A stretch of DNA of 64,000 nucleotides from Octopus sinensis (Eukaryota), in contig NC_043012.1 in assembly GCF_006345805.1 (NCBI RefSeq), positions 42,904,001 to 42,968,000 of the forward strand, read 5' to 3'. The notes beneath the pieces were generated by a model. The model was given only the letters and a program-made list of their open reading frames with translations, was not told the DNA's origin and did no database searches. Shown here in pieces: positions 48,441 through 59,892 of this stretch. The first letter of the stretch is position 1, and every line of letters begins with the position of its first letter. The translations under genes and the position numbers were made by a program.

Positions 48441-49068
48441 TCTCTATATAAAACTGAGAATGTGTGTCTGTCTGTCTATGTGTTTCCCTAAAACTTGAGA
48501 ACTACACAACCAATTTCATTCAAATTTTACACATGCCTTACTTAGGGTCCATGTAGTTTCATGGGCAAAAAAAATGTTCAACTTCTTGCCTAGGGCGAGC
48601 CCATAGCAATATCATATCTTCTCCACTATTTCAGTATTACGTGTTAAAAGTGAAACAAAAACATTTCTCTATTTTATGTCAGATGCTTTCACTTTAACAA
48701 TAAAAATAATAATTGAATTATATGTAGTAAGTAATAATTAAAATCAAACTAAAGTATAATATAATCGTAACATAACAAAAGTAAAACTAGCAATTGGTAT
48801 AAAATTGCATCAAGGATTTGAATTTGAATAAGGGGTTTCACATGAATGGGAATAAATTAAAAATAAAATTAGCGTGCAGAAATGGAATAGTCCTACAATT
48901 CCAGTCTGTTATATATTTTCAGTATTGTTATCACTAGCGATATCAAGATATAACTTTGTATTTTGTATTTTATGTGTAGATGTATATATATATAGATGTA
49001 CATGTAATATGTACACATATATACATGAACTAGCACTATGACCCGGCAAAGATGGGTCGTAATGCTAG
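48441..49068 (+). mobile_element. Non-autonomous Helitron-like element
   Basis: A|TC 5' end, TGTC microsatellite, 3' hairpin ATGACCC...GGGTCGT followed by CTAG|T. Confidence 0.65.
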
Positions 49069-50244
49069 TTACAATATAATATTATGATTTTAAAATTGCT
49101 ATGAATTTATGATCTGATTTAGAATTACTACCCTATTTACATCCATTTTTCCATGTTTGCAAGGATCTTTTCCTGCACAGCATCTCACAAGCAGGGAATC
49201 TGGTTGAGGCCTCCTATTTAACCTGTAGTGGATGCGTGGATGTATTAATAAATACATAAGTGCTTTGTAATAAATTAAAGATTTATTATCACTACATCAA
49301 TTTGTAAGCAATGTTACACATCGCTTGTACAAAATGCATATCAAATAGTGGTTGCAAATAATACATTTTAAAGGAATGCATAATACAGGATACACATTAA
49401 AGCAGAATATGTTTGATGGTGTGTGTGTGTGTGTGTGTGTAAATCATGCAGTACAGAGTCACCTTTCTGAATATTCTTTCGTCGTCCTCATAAATGCGTG
49501 ACGTTCTCTTAAATGTTGGTTCGGCTTCTTCCAGATACCTATTTCTCCGTTCTATTTATAACATCTCAAATAGCCAGAAAAATAGATATACCGCAAGAGT
49601 GTTATTGCGTACAGTAGGTCGCTGGTCGTCCTGTTAAACTTCGCCTGACCTGCTCGGGTCAGAGGTCGAAGGGAGACGATCCATCATTTTTTGTCAGAAC
49701 AAAGAGATTCTGATTTCGCGCCTTTTTGTGCATTGGTATTTTACGACCAATGATTCTTGGGTCTGATTTCGAATCCAAGCTTTGAGAAGGAAGTGCTAAT
49801 TCTTACAAACCTCTTGTAGATAGCATACATCCACTCTTCTCTGCAGTGTCTTTAGATCTACCAGCAGTCATAGTGATAGCCCTGAAGCTTTGGGCTTGGA
49901 AGAAAGAGTAGATTTTTGGGTGGGTTGGAATATAAACAGTACTTTGGAGTTGGAATATTTATATAAGATTGTAATTTTATTTTTAAATAATTTCCTATAT
50001 CTTACTGTGTATAATTTTTTCTCTCATCAATGCTTTAATTTCTTCTCAGAAGAGTTTTCAATTATCATGTTTTGTACTTGAATGAATCTTCTCTAAATGT
50101 CTTAAGTTTAAGTATATATTTTCAAGCCAGTTAATGTTACACCTAGTTTCTTTACCTCTTTCGTAGTTTAACAACTCATTTCCTTATCATTGATTCTATT
50201 AATACTAAAATTCATTTTCTTTTTGAAATCTCAATCTGATGCAG

Positions 50245-50274
50245 ATAAAGTCGAAAAGAAATTTCATTTCTGAG
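50245..50274 (+). CDS. Myb: Candidate 30-nt Myb microexon j: IKSKRNFISE
   Basis: tgcag acceptor, GAG|gtaagt perfect donor, phase 0/0, open frame. Too short for motif support. Confidence 0.6.
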
Positions 50275-51189
50275 GTAAGTTGAATTTTATTGCTTAAAAA
50301 TATATTCAATCAGTTGCTTTTATTGCAGTGAAATTAGATGCAAAATAATAAACATGGCAAATAGATTTAGTCAAATAAGAATAAAGAAGTTAGCATGCTC
50401 CTTTGGATGTGTAATCTCACTGTACATGAACACAAAGTACAAATATGTTGGGGAAAAAAATTGGACATAGAAGAATCAGATACAGTGTGCTGTTGCACAC
50501 TACATCTTCTTGTACAGATATGTGATGCATATGGATGAGGACAGCCTTATAAAAAAGTACTCATTACTTAATGAGCTTGCAGAAAATGTGATGAAATAGT
50601 GAAGGCTGATCTCAGGACTTTGAATTTCGTGCAGATAACAAAACAACCATGGTGATCTGCCCATCTCTGCAAAATGGAGATGCTGGAAGATTAATGTGTA
50701 TATTACACAGTTGGGCTACTTACTCAATTTCCTTGTGAACATATGTATAAAATCTTTTGGGAAGGCAATTGTGATGGAGTAGGGTATCATCATCATCATT
50801 ATTTTACATGTATTGTCCATGCTAGCATGGGTTGGACCATTTGATCAGGGCTGGAGAGCTGCACCAGGCACCAGTCTGATTTGATTTCCATGGCTGGATG
50901 CCTTTCCTAATACCAACCACTTTATATAGCACCTCGTGAGCGCTTTTATGTGGTACGGCACAAGTGCTTTTTACATGGTACCAGCATGGGATTCTTGTAG
51001 GCCAATTCTCTTCACCAGGGTCAATAACCTTAACACTTCTACTATAGAGTATGGGTTCTTCTTGAGTACAGCAAGGTGGCAAATACACATTTACATGCAC
51101 ATATACAAATACATAATTATAAATATATGCATAAATGCAAACAGTCATACACATAAATATTTTCATACTAACATGTAGACAGAAACAAA

Positions 51190-53863
51190 ACACATAACCA
51201 TGGTTGTGTGGTAAGAAGTTTGTTTTGCAACCACATGGTTTTGGGTTCAGTCCCACTGTGTGATACATGGGGCAAAAGTTTTCTACCATAGTCTCAGGTA
51301 GAGTGGACCTGGTAGATCAGAAACCTACATGTGTGTGCATGCATGTGCTACTGTCTTGTTGCCTTGACATCGAGCAATATATGTAAATGAGTGTGATCAT
51401 CATGTAAGTACTCTCCTTCATTTATAGTATTCCATGAAAACATGTCTGGCCATGTGGAAATATTCCTTTACTTGGAAATAGGTTAAGGCTGATGACAAGA
51501 AAAGGCATCAACTAATTGTCTGAACCATGGGAGACGTCAGTGTTAAAGCATATGTATATACATACATGCGCATACGCTCACAACCACACACACACACATA
51601 CATGTTCTTCATAATTTTATGTCTCCTTTCTATATTGGCTTAGATTAAACAAGTTATAGCTGAATCTCTTTCTTCGTGATACTCAGTCGTTTTGCTTTGA
51701 TCTATTTTTTCATGTGTTTATAATCTTCAGATTTTTAATTCCTGTAACAATTTTTGTTTGAAAATATTTTCTTTGGTCCAAGTATTTTAAGCACTAATCA
51801 CAATGTGTGACCCTTGGTGGTGGTCAGGGTGTTGCAGTCACAATTGCAAGATCATGCTTTTGATTCCCAGATTGGTTGTGTGTTGTGTTCTTGAGCCAAG
51901 CACTTCATTTCATGCTGCTCTAGTCCACTCAACTGTAAATGAGTGAGCTTGTGATGGATTGGTGTTCAGGTTGAGATAGTGACTCAAAAAAATCATATGA
52001 ATGGAGGTCTTATGAGTCATGTTTTGCATTCAGCAAAAAAACGAGATTTCACTCTACCTTTGGTATTCAGGTCTATTTTCTTTGGTTTGTTTTGCATATA
52101 TGTTCTTTTGTGTGTGTGTGTTCATACATACACACAGAGAAAGAGGGGCTGAGTGAGGTGGAGACATGGGTGTGTGCTTAAGAAGTTTGTTTCCCACTCA
52201 TATGGTCTCAGGTTCAATTCCATTGTATGGCACTTTGGAAAAGTGTTTTCTGCTTTATAAAGCCTTATGAATGGATTTGGTTGAGAGAAACTGAGAGAAG
52301 ACCATTGAAGACATGTATGTATGTGATGTGTCTTGACATCATACAAGCATTAAAACTCTTCTATGAAAATATGTCCAGCCAGGGGGCCAATACTACCTTG
52401 CATGCAAACAGATGAGGGTTGGTGAAAGAAAAGGTATCTGACCCAGTGAATTCTCCCATGCTCATGTAAGCATGAGAAAGCAGATGTTAAAATAATTATG
52501 ATGCATATATAAAGGCTATTTGTTTGTATAAATCTGCTGCAAATACCAACAGCTAATACGTGTATGTATGTATGTATGGATGTATGGATGGATGGATGGC
52601 GGCGGAGGGTCCTCATTAGGGATAAAATAATCCAAAAATTTCACTGGTTAATCACCATCATATAAAGAGAATGATTCAGCGATATGTTAGGGTTTATTAT
52701 TGTAATACGTATTGTTAATAATGATGAAAGGAAGGAAATGGAAAATTATGGATGTATAAATAATTTATTCATATGATATAATGAGGTTGAAAGATTTGTT
52801 TAAATATCAACACTTCATTTAACTGCTAAATAGTTCTAATCTAATTTACCTTAGCAAAAAAACAATCAATCATAAATACAAATATTGTCTTTTTTTGTCT
52901 TCATGTAATGTAATACGCTATTTCTACATATAATGAAATGATCTCCAATTTACTTCCTTATTTATTTAGCTAATAATTAATAATTACAAACATATGCTAC
53001 ATTATAACAAATACCCAATATATGCTTCCATATATTCTACTAAATTTTATTTATTCTTTTTCCCCTTCACTCTCTCATTCAATTTTTCTTTTTAGTTGAC
53101 CTGATCAATTCTAGATATTAAACTTAACATTACATAACTCTAACAACTGAACCTTTCTGATAAATGAAACTAAATTTAATAAATATATATTTTGAGTGTG
53201 TGTGTCTGTGTGTCTTGTGTGAATATATGCATATGTGTGTATATGAGTAAGTACGTACGCATATATATGGAAGTACCATATTTTAATGTGTGTAAGGAAC
53301 CCTTTTTTGTCAAAAATTAGGTTAAAAAAATAAGGGAGTTTCTTATACATATTAATAAATGACTTAATTCCTTGAACCTCAAATCTCCAAATTAGTGGGT
53401 TCCTATAATACATCTTATATATTGACAAATAAGTGTTCACATTTAAGGCTTTTAAGATACATATCATAACGGTTAGATTTTTCAAACTTTTGTCTATACC
53501 TGATTTTAAATATGACATAATATGATGTGAACACTATGCATCCATAGATTTCCTGAACTGTATGAAAATTATTCATCTATAATGGTCAACTAATATTTTT
53601 TTACTATCTAACTTATCTTTCATTTATTTTATTATATAATTCTCCCCTATCCAAATTCTTAGAATTACTATTCACCTTGGGGCATGAATCGAAACATATG
53701 TTGTCATTTGCCATTTCTTTTAGAGCTTTATAATTTATTGGTATTGTTTTTATAAAAAAAAAAAATCGTTCAGCCTCATTATATCATACAAATAAATTAT
53801 TTATACATCCACAATACTCCATTTTCTTCCTTTCATCATATATATATATACTCTCTCTCTCTC

Positions 53864-53928
<65 letters not shown>

Positions 53929-54720
53929 AGAGAGAGAGAGTTGTGTATATATGTATAGTAGGTACAAACTTGGTTGTCTGATTAAGAAGTTTGCTAACCA
54001 ACTACATGGGTTTGGGTTTTGTCCTACTGCATGACATCTTGAGCAAATATCCTCTACCAGCCAAAGCTGTTTGAGTAAATTTGGTAGGTGGAACTGAAAG
54101 AAGCCCATTGGATGTGTTTGTGTGTATTTGTTTCTTTGTGATGACATTATACAACAGCTAGAAATGAATATCACTGTCGTATAAGCAGTATCCTTCATTT
54201 TCAGTCTTCTGTGAAAACATGTCCAGTCATGGAGAAATGTTACCTTGCTTGGAAACAGGTGAGGGTTGGCAACAAGCAGGGCATCATGCTATAGAAAATC
54301 TTCCTCAAATTCCATCTGATCTGTGTTGTGTATATAGTGGACATTGTGTGTGTGTAGGCACAGACTTGACTGTGTTAAGAAGCTTCCTCTCACTACATGG
54401 CATCTTGGGCAAGTATTGTCTACTAAATCCTTTAACCGGCCAATCCTAGTGAGTAGATTTGGTTGATGAAAACTGAAAGAAGCCTGTTTCATATCATTTC
54501 AAGTCCCTTTTTCCATGTTGGCATAGGTTGGACTCTTTGACACGAACAGATGAGCAGAGGACTCTGTCAGGTTCTGTGTGTTTAAGCCCGGCGTCTTCAA
54601 CTGGATGCTCTTCCTAAATGTGAACCACTTAACAGAGTATACTAGTTTCTTTTTAGGTGGCACTAGCACTGGTGAGGCCATGAAATACCCACAAGATTAA
54701 GACTCCTCAACTGAGCAGGG
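51190..54720 (+). mobile_element. Cluster of decayed tRNA-derived SINEs (about 51190-51540, 51820-51960, 52150-52500, 53960-54480) and a minus-strand RTE tail (54500-54720)
   Basis: Recurrent TGGTTGTGTGGTAAGAAGTTTG..GGGTTCAGTCCC heads and shared tails. Confidence 0.7.
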
Positions 54721-55330
54721 TATAGACTGGAGTAAGAAACTATGATAGAGGGAGATATGATAGCTGGTGTCTTTTTGAAGAGATGCATACATGGCTTGTT
54801 CACCTGGAAAATGAAAAGACAAAAAAATGAGGTGTGACGTCCAGGTACAATATGAATACGACACAGAATAGTGTGACAGATGATTAGAGAAATGGAATGA
54901 GTTGGACACAAAGGATATGTTCTGTTTGGTGGGAAGTGAAGAGAACAGATGAATTGTGGAGGAAGGTTTGACAGCCTCAATTCTACTGAGGTGGATGTAA
55001 ACAAATATCACTCTCATACAAGTGGTGTCATCTATTTCCAATTTGTAAAAACCTATCCAATGTTCAGGTGACTATTAGTCTTCTAAAGAGCATTATAAAC
55101 ATGTTGTCCATCGGTAGTCAGCTGGAAAAGCTGTTTTTCTGGGGCTAAAATAAGTAGTAACATCATCATAATCAGGACTGCTGTGTTACTTCTCGCTCAG
55201 AGATTTTAAAACTAATTGTTTCCCTCATTATAAACATGATTATTGAGAATTGTACACTGTTCATGAATGAGAGAATGAAATTACGCAATCTATAAATCTT
55301 TATTATTTTAACTGTTTTTTTTTTTTGTAG

Positions 55331-55414
55331 ATAGATCATTTTTACGAACATGCCTGTGGGAAAACGAAAGATCAAATTGAAATGACAGAATTAGCCAGAA
55401 GTTACACGAGATAA
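55331..55414 (+). CDS. Myb: Myb terminal exon k: IDHFYEHACGKTKDQIEMTELARSYTR-stop
   Basis: ACGKTxDQxxMTExAR is the conserved extreme C-terminal motif of animal Myb proteins. Poly-T tract with tag acceptor. Confidence 0.95.
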   Translation: MDHFYEHACGKTKDQIEMTELARSYTR

Positions 55415-56490
55415 AGAGAAGAAAGAAAACTAAACACAAATCACATTTGTTGAAATTGAATGTATCTGTGATGGCTGTGTAAACTAAAAAGGAAAAAAAA
55501 CAAAATATACTTTGTAATTTAAGAAAGCTTCACACAGATTTTTTAATAAGTGTTATAGTATGAATTTCCAAATTATTTTATTTTCATAAATGAAAAAGAG
55601 AAATAGGAATATTTAGCAAAGCAAAATTAATAAGTTGGTAATTATGGTTTACCAAATTTCATAATTTTGGTAAATATTTTTTAAACCTTGGTTTTGCATG
55701 TTGCCAAGTTTTCTAACAATGAACCTTTATGCTCTTAGCTCTTAGATTCATCAAGTTTAATCCATTTTGCAATCCACTTTTGCATGGTATTTTCCTTTTT
55801 TTAAAGTATTAGTTAAAATTATGCTTATTTTTCATCTATATTGAAATGGCTTGCTAACTTTTGAGTAATTTTATTTTTCATTTTAGGAAGTTTTTCTGGT
55901 GCAAATTTTTAATTCAATATTTACAAAAAGAGCTAGTGCCACACTTTTATAAAATATACACAAATATACAGATAAACATGCCTCTAGTATATATTGTGAA
56001 CTGAAAATCTCTTGTGCATTTCAATTTCAAAATTTATTCAAAATTGTAAATATTTTATCACATTTTATGTAAAAATTACTTTTAATATCATGTTTATCTT
56101 ACAAAACTATGAATTCTAGATTTAACATTTTAAGATAATTTTATAAATATTAAAATTGGTATATTAAAATCAATTTTATGAATATTAAAATTGGAATATT
56201 AAAGTAATTTTAATCATCATTTAAATCACTTATTTTTATGAAATTATTTATAAAATGTAGAACCAAATATTTTTAAAATATTAAAATTTATAATGTGAGC
56301 CTGAATTATAACATATTTACCCAGTATGCTGATTAATGTTTTTGTCTTATTTAAAATAAATGGAAAATTACCATTAACAATGTGTGTGCTTGCTTATTTT
56401 TCTCTATTTGAAAAAAAAGAAAAAAATTCTTTTTTTTGTTTATGCCATTTCTATCCTTTCTGGTGAATAAAATGCCAGAACATACTGCCA
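55415..56490 (+). other. Myb: Probable Myb 3' UTR with candidate polyadenylation signals AATAAA at 56355-56360 and 56466-56471
   Basis: AU-rich, repeat-free stretch after the stop. The second AATAAA is followed by GU/U-rich sequence. The true end is unknown. Confidence 0.5.
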
Positions 56491-56585
56491 TTTTTCTATT
56501 TGAAGTGTTGTTTTCCTATATATCTCCTGTGAGTTAAAATCCAATTTTAAAAACCCAGAATTTAGATGGGTTTCATTAACAACTA

Positions 56586-58139
56586 CACTGGCGAAAATAA
56601 ATTTAAGACCGATGATAAAAGTTCTATTTCTTACAAAAATATTTTGTTACTGACACCATACAAATTACTTTTACCTTTTACACCTTATGCAGAATTTAAT
56701 TTCTCTTTCGAATGATGCAGACAATTTTTATACAACTCGAAGAATTTTAATGCTAAATTAATATAAACGTTTCAAATTTACCGGCAAAATTAGTTGAAGA
56801 CCGTATCATTATAATTTTATTTAAAACATAAGATTGTGGCACAAATTTGCAACAAGAACGAAATACATATTAGTACTTTGTGCTGTGGCCTTTATTCTTG
56901 ATAACGGCTGAAGAACGCCTTGGCATTGAATTCGCTAAGTGATTACAAAAATCCTAAGGGAATGTTTTGCCATATTTCATTGATATAATTGAATAATTAT
57001 TTTACATTAGATGTTTTTTTAGCATGGACTTTTTTGGAAACATAATTCAGGTCCAGGCTCTGGGGAGGCCATTCGATTACCTCAATATTATGGTGATCAA
57101 ATAATTCCATAACCTTTTTGGCTTTCTGCACAGGACTATTGGTGAGTCAAATATGGCACAACATTATCCTTTAGTAGATTCATATAACCTACACTATTTA
57201 GCCTTCCATCAACTTCAACTAGAGGGCCAACACCAAAGCCACCCATGCCATCACACCTCCACCCCTGCTTGCGCTATCTTTTTCACGCATTTTGGATGGA
57301 ATTCCTCAGTTGGGCGACGTTTGACGTATGTTTTACCATCTGATCCAAATATACAGAAGCGTGACTCATCACTCCAAAGGACCCTACACCAATCTTCAGT
57401 AGTCCATTGAGCATGGCTTTTTGCGAAATTAAGGCGTTTGAATCGATTTCTTTCGGATATTATTGGCTTTTTCCTAGCGATTCGTCCATGTAGTCCAAAT
57501 TCTCTTAAACGGTTTGTGGTGTACAATAACACCATTCTCATTGGACAATTGTTTACAAATTTCAGTGTCTATCAGCATTCAGTTGCCTTCCGAAAGTCAG
57601 TGGATTTGATGGTCCAACTACACCGTCGTTTTTCTTGGGGGACCAGTCCTTTGCTGATCTTTATATTGATCAGTCTCTGAGTATAACTTCCACACTTGCA
57701 TGCGAGCCGTTTTACTCCACTTGCTTGCTGATGTTCGCAAAGGAAACTTTTTGCTGGTGGAATAATATGATTTTTGCTCTCGTTACCGGACTAAGGCTAC
57801 GTTGTTTTCCCATTATTAATCAATTGTATAATAATGTTAAATTATAACACTATATAGTGCCTTTAGGCTCGTTGTGTGACCACCCATTTTGGCAAAAAAA
57901 TTTGCACACATATTACATGGTCTTAAACTAATTTTGCCAGTAAATTTGAAATGTTTATATTAATTTAGCATTAGAATTCTTCAAGTTGTATAAAAATAGT
58001 TATTGTCTGCATCATTTGAAAGAGAAATAAATTCTGCATAAGGTGTAAAAGATAAAAATAATTTGTATGGTGTTAGTAACAAAATATTTTGTAAGAAATA
58101 GAACTTTTATCATCGGTCTTAAATCTATTTTCGCCACTG
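56586..58139 (-). mobile_element. Tc1-family (DD34E-like) transposon with long IR/DR-type TIRs, decayed transposase
   Basis: TA duplication (56584-5 and 58140-1), ~220-bp TIRs, ARKKPIIS...WSDESRF and WPPQSPDLN motifs. Confidence 0.92.
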
Positions 58140-58767
58140 TATAACTTTTTTGTTAATTGGTGTACTATTACTGTATTTGAAACATAGCAGAATTTTTTTT
58201 ACATAAATACCTAAGATGAATTTTTACCCCAATGCTACTCTAATTACAAGTAAACACAGTGAAATATAAGATTATTTAAATTGTGTATAAATACCATACA
58301 AAATTAGGCATTCGTTAATATTCAACTAAATAAGCTATTAAATAGGAATTATGTACATTATTGAATTTTCAATTGAAGAAAATTGCATTTATATTTGGTT
58401 ATTTAGTAAATAGAAACATTGTCAATGTGTTTTTCTATTATATACCAAATGAAAGTATTCACTAATATAACTAAGCAGAATTTATCACTCACCTTATGGA
58501 TAAATTAAACAAATTGAAGCAAAGTAAATTTGAAAATATAGTATTTTTAGAAAAAATTAAACAACAAATTGTTTTAATTGATCATCCCCTGAGAATATTC
58601 CATTTTCTAATGTTGGCTTTCTCAGTCTGTCTTCTATTTATCTTTTTGAATTTTATGGTTATCAGCCAAATTCAAGGAGTTGTTCACTTTGCTTGAAAGT
58701 TTATTTTGGGGATAAAATAACCTGCCTCCAAATGTATTGCAAAAGTATACCATGATCTGGTATAGAA

Positions 58768-59606
58768 TCATCATCATTTAACGTCCGTTTTCCATGCTAG
58801 CATGGGTTGGACGGTTTTGACTGAAGGCTGGTAACCAGATGGTTGCACCAGGCTCCAGTCTTTGTCTGGCAGAGTTTCTACAGCTGGATGCCCTTCCTAA
58901 AGCCAACCACTCTGAGAGCGTAGTGGGTGCTTTTTACATGCCACCTGCACGGGGGCCAGTCAGGCGGTACTGGCAATGACCTCGCTCGAATCTTTTTACA
59001 TGTGCCAGTGAAGCGACGTTGGTAATGATCACACTCGAATGGTGCCCTTTTACGTGCCACGGATACAGAAGCCAGTTGGCTCCTCTGGCAACGATCACGC
59101 TCGGATGGTGTTCTTGGCACCCTACTAGCACAGGCATAAGTGCCAGTAAGGCGACGCTGGTAACGATCATACTCGAATAGCTGCCGCCCTGTCAACGCTC
59201 ACACTCGTATGGTGCTCTTTGCACCCCGCTAGCACGGATGCCAGTCATCGAAATGATTTTGATTTCACTTGCCTCAACAGGTCTTCGCAAGCAAAGTTTA
59301 GTGACCAAAGAAGGAAAAGTTATGCATAAGTGGGCTGGTTATGCTCCTGGCATAGGCCACGGGTTATGGTTTCATCTGGCTTGCCGGGTCTTCTCGAGCA
59401 CAGCATTTTCCCAAAGGTCTCGGTTGCTAGTCATTTCCTTGGTGAGGCTTAATGTTCGAAGGTCATGCTTCACCACTTCATCCCAGGTCTACCTCTTCCA
59501 CAGGTTCCCTCAACGGCTAGGGTGTGGAACTTTTTCACACAGGTATCCTCATCCATTCTCACCACATGACCGTACCAGTGCAGTCGTCTCTCTTGCACAC
59601 CACATC
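58768..59606 (-). mobile_element. RTE 3' end (ORF C-terminus + 3' UTR + tail)
   Basis: ATCATCATCATTTAACGTCCG tail. LRCGVQERRLHWYGHV...GRGRP on the minus strand. Confidence 0.92.
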
Positions 59607-59892
59607 TAAGATTTAACCCTTTTAGTTTATCTCTATTCTGTTTTACTCTGTCTATTTCAGTTTCACGTCTCATGTTCAATATATAACTCTATGGTTCCTT
59701 CTTACTTATCGATGTCTAAGACAAATTTAGCTCACACATCTTCCCTAAATCTGCAACATAAACCTTCTCTCAATAATGTCTCTTAATACCTACAACGAAG
59801 TATTCCTTCTCCAAGAGATGAGATGTGCCCCCTTCATGGCTTAATACCTACAACGAAGTATTCCTTCTCCAAGAGATGAGATGCGCCCCCTT

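Noticed and set aside
55415-56490. Pumilio element TGTAAATA (56045-56052), AREs and CPE-like motifs in the 3' UTR
   Set aside because: Expected by chance in such AT-rich sequence without conservation data.
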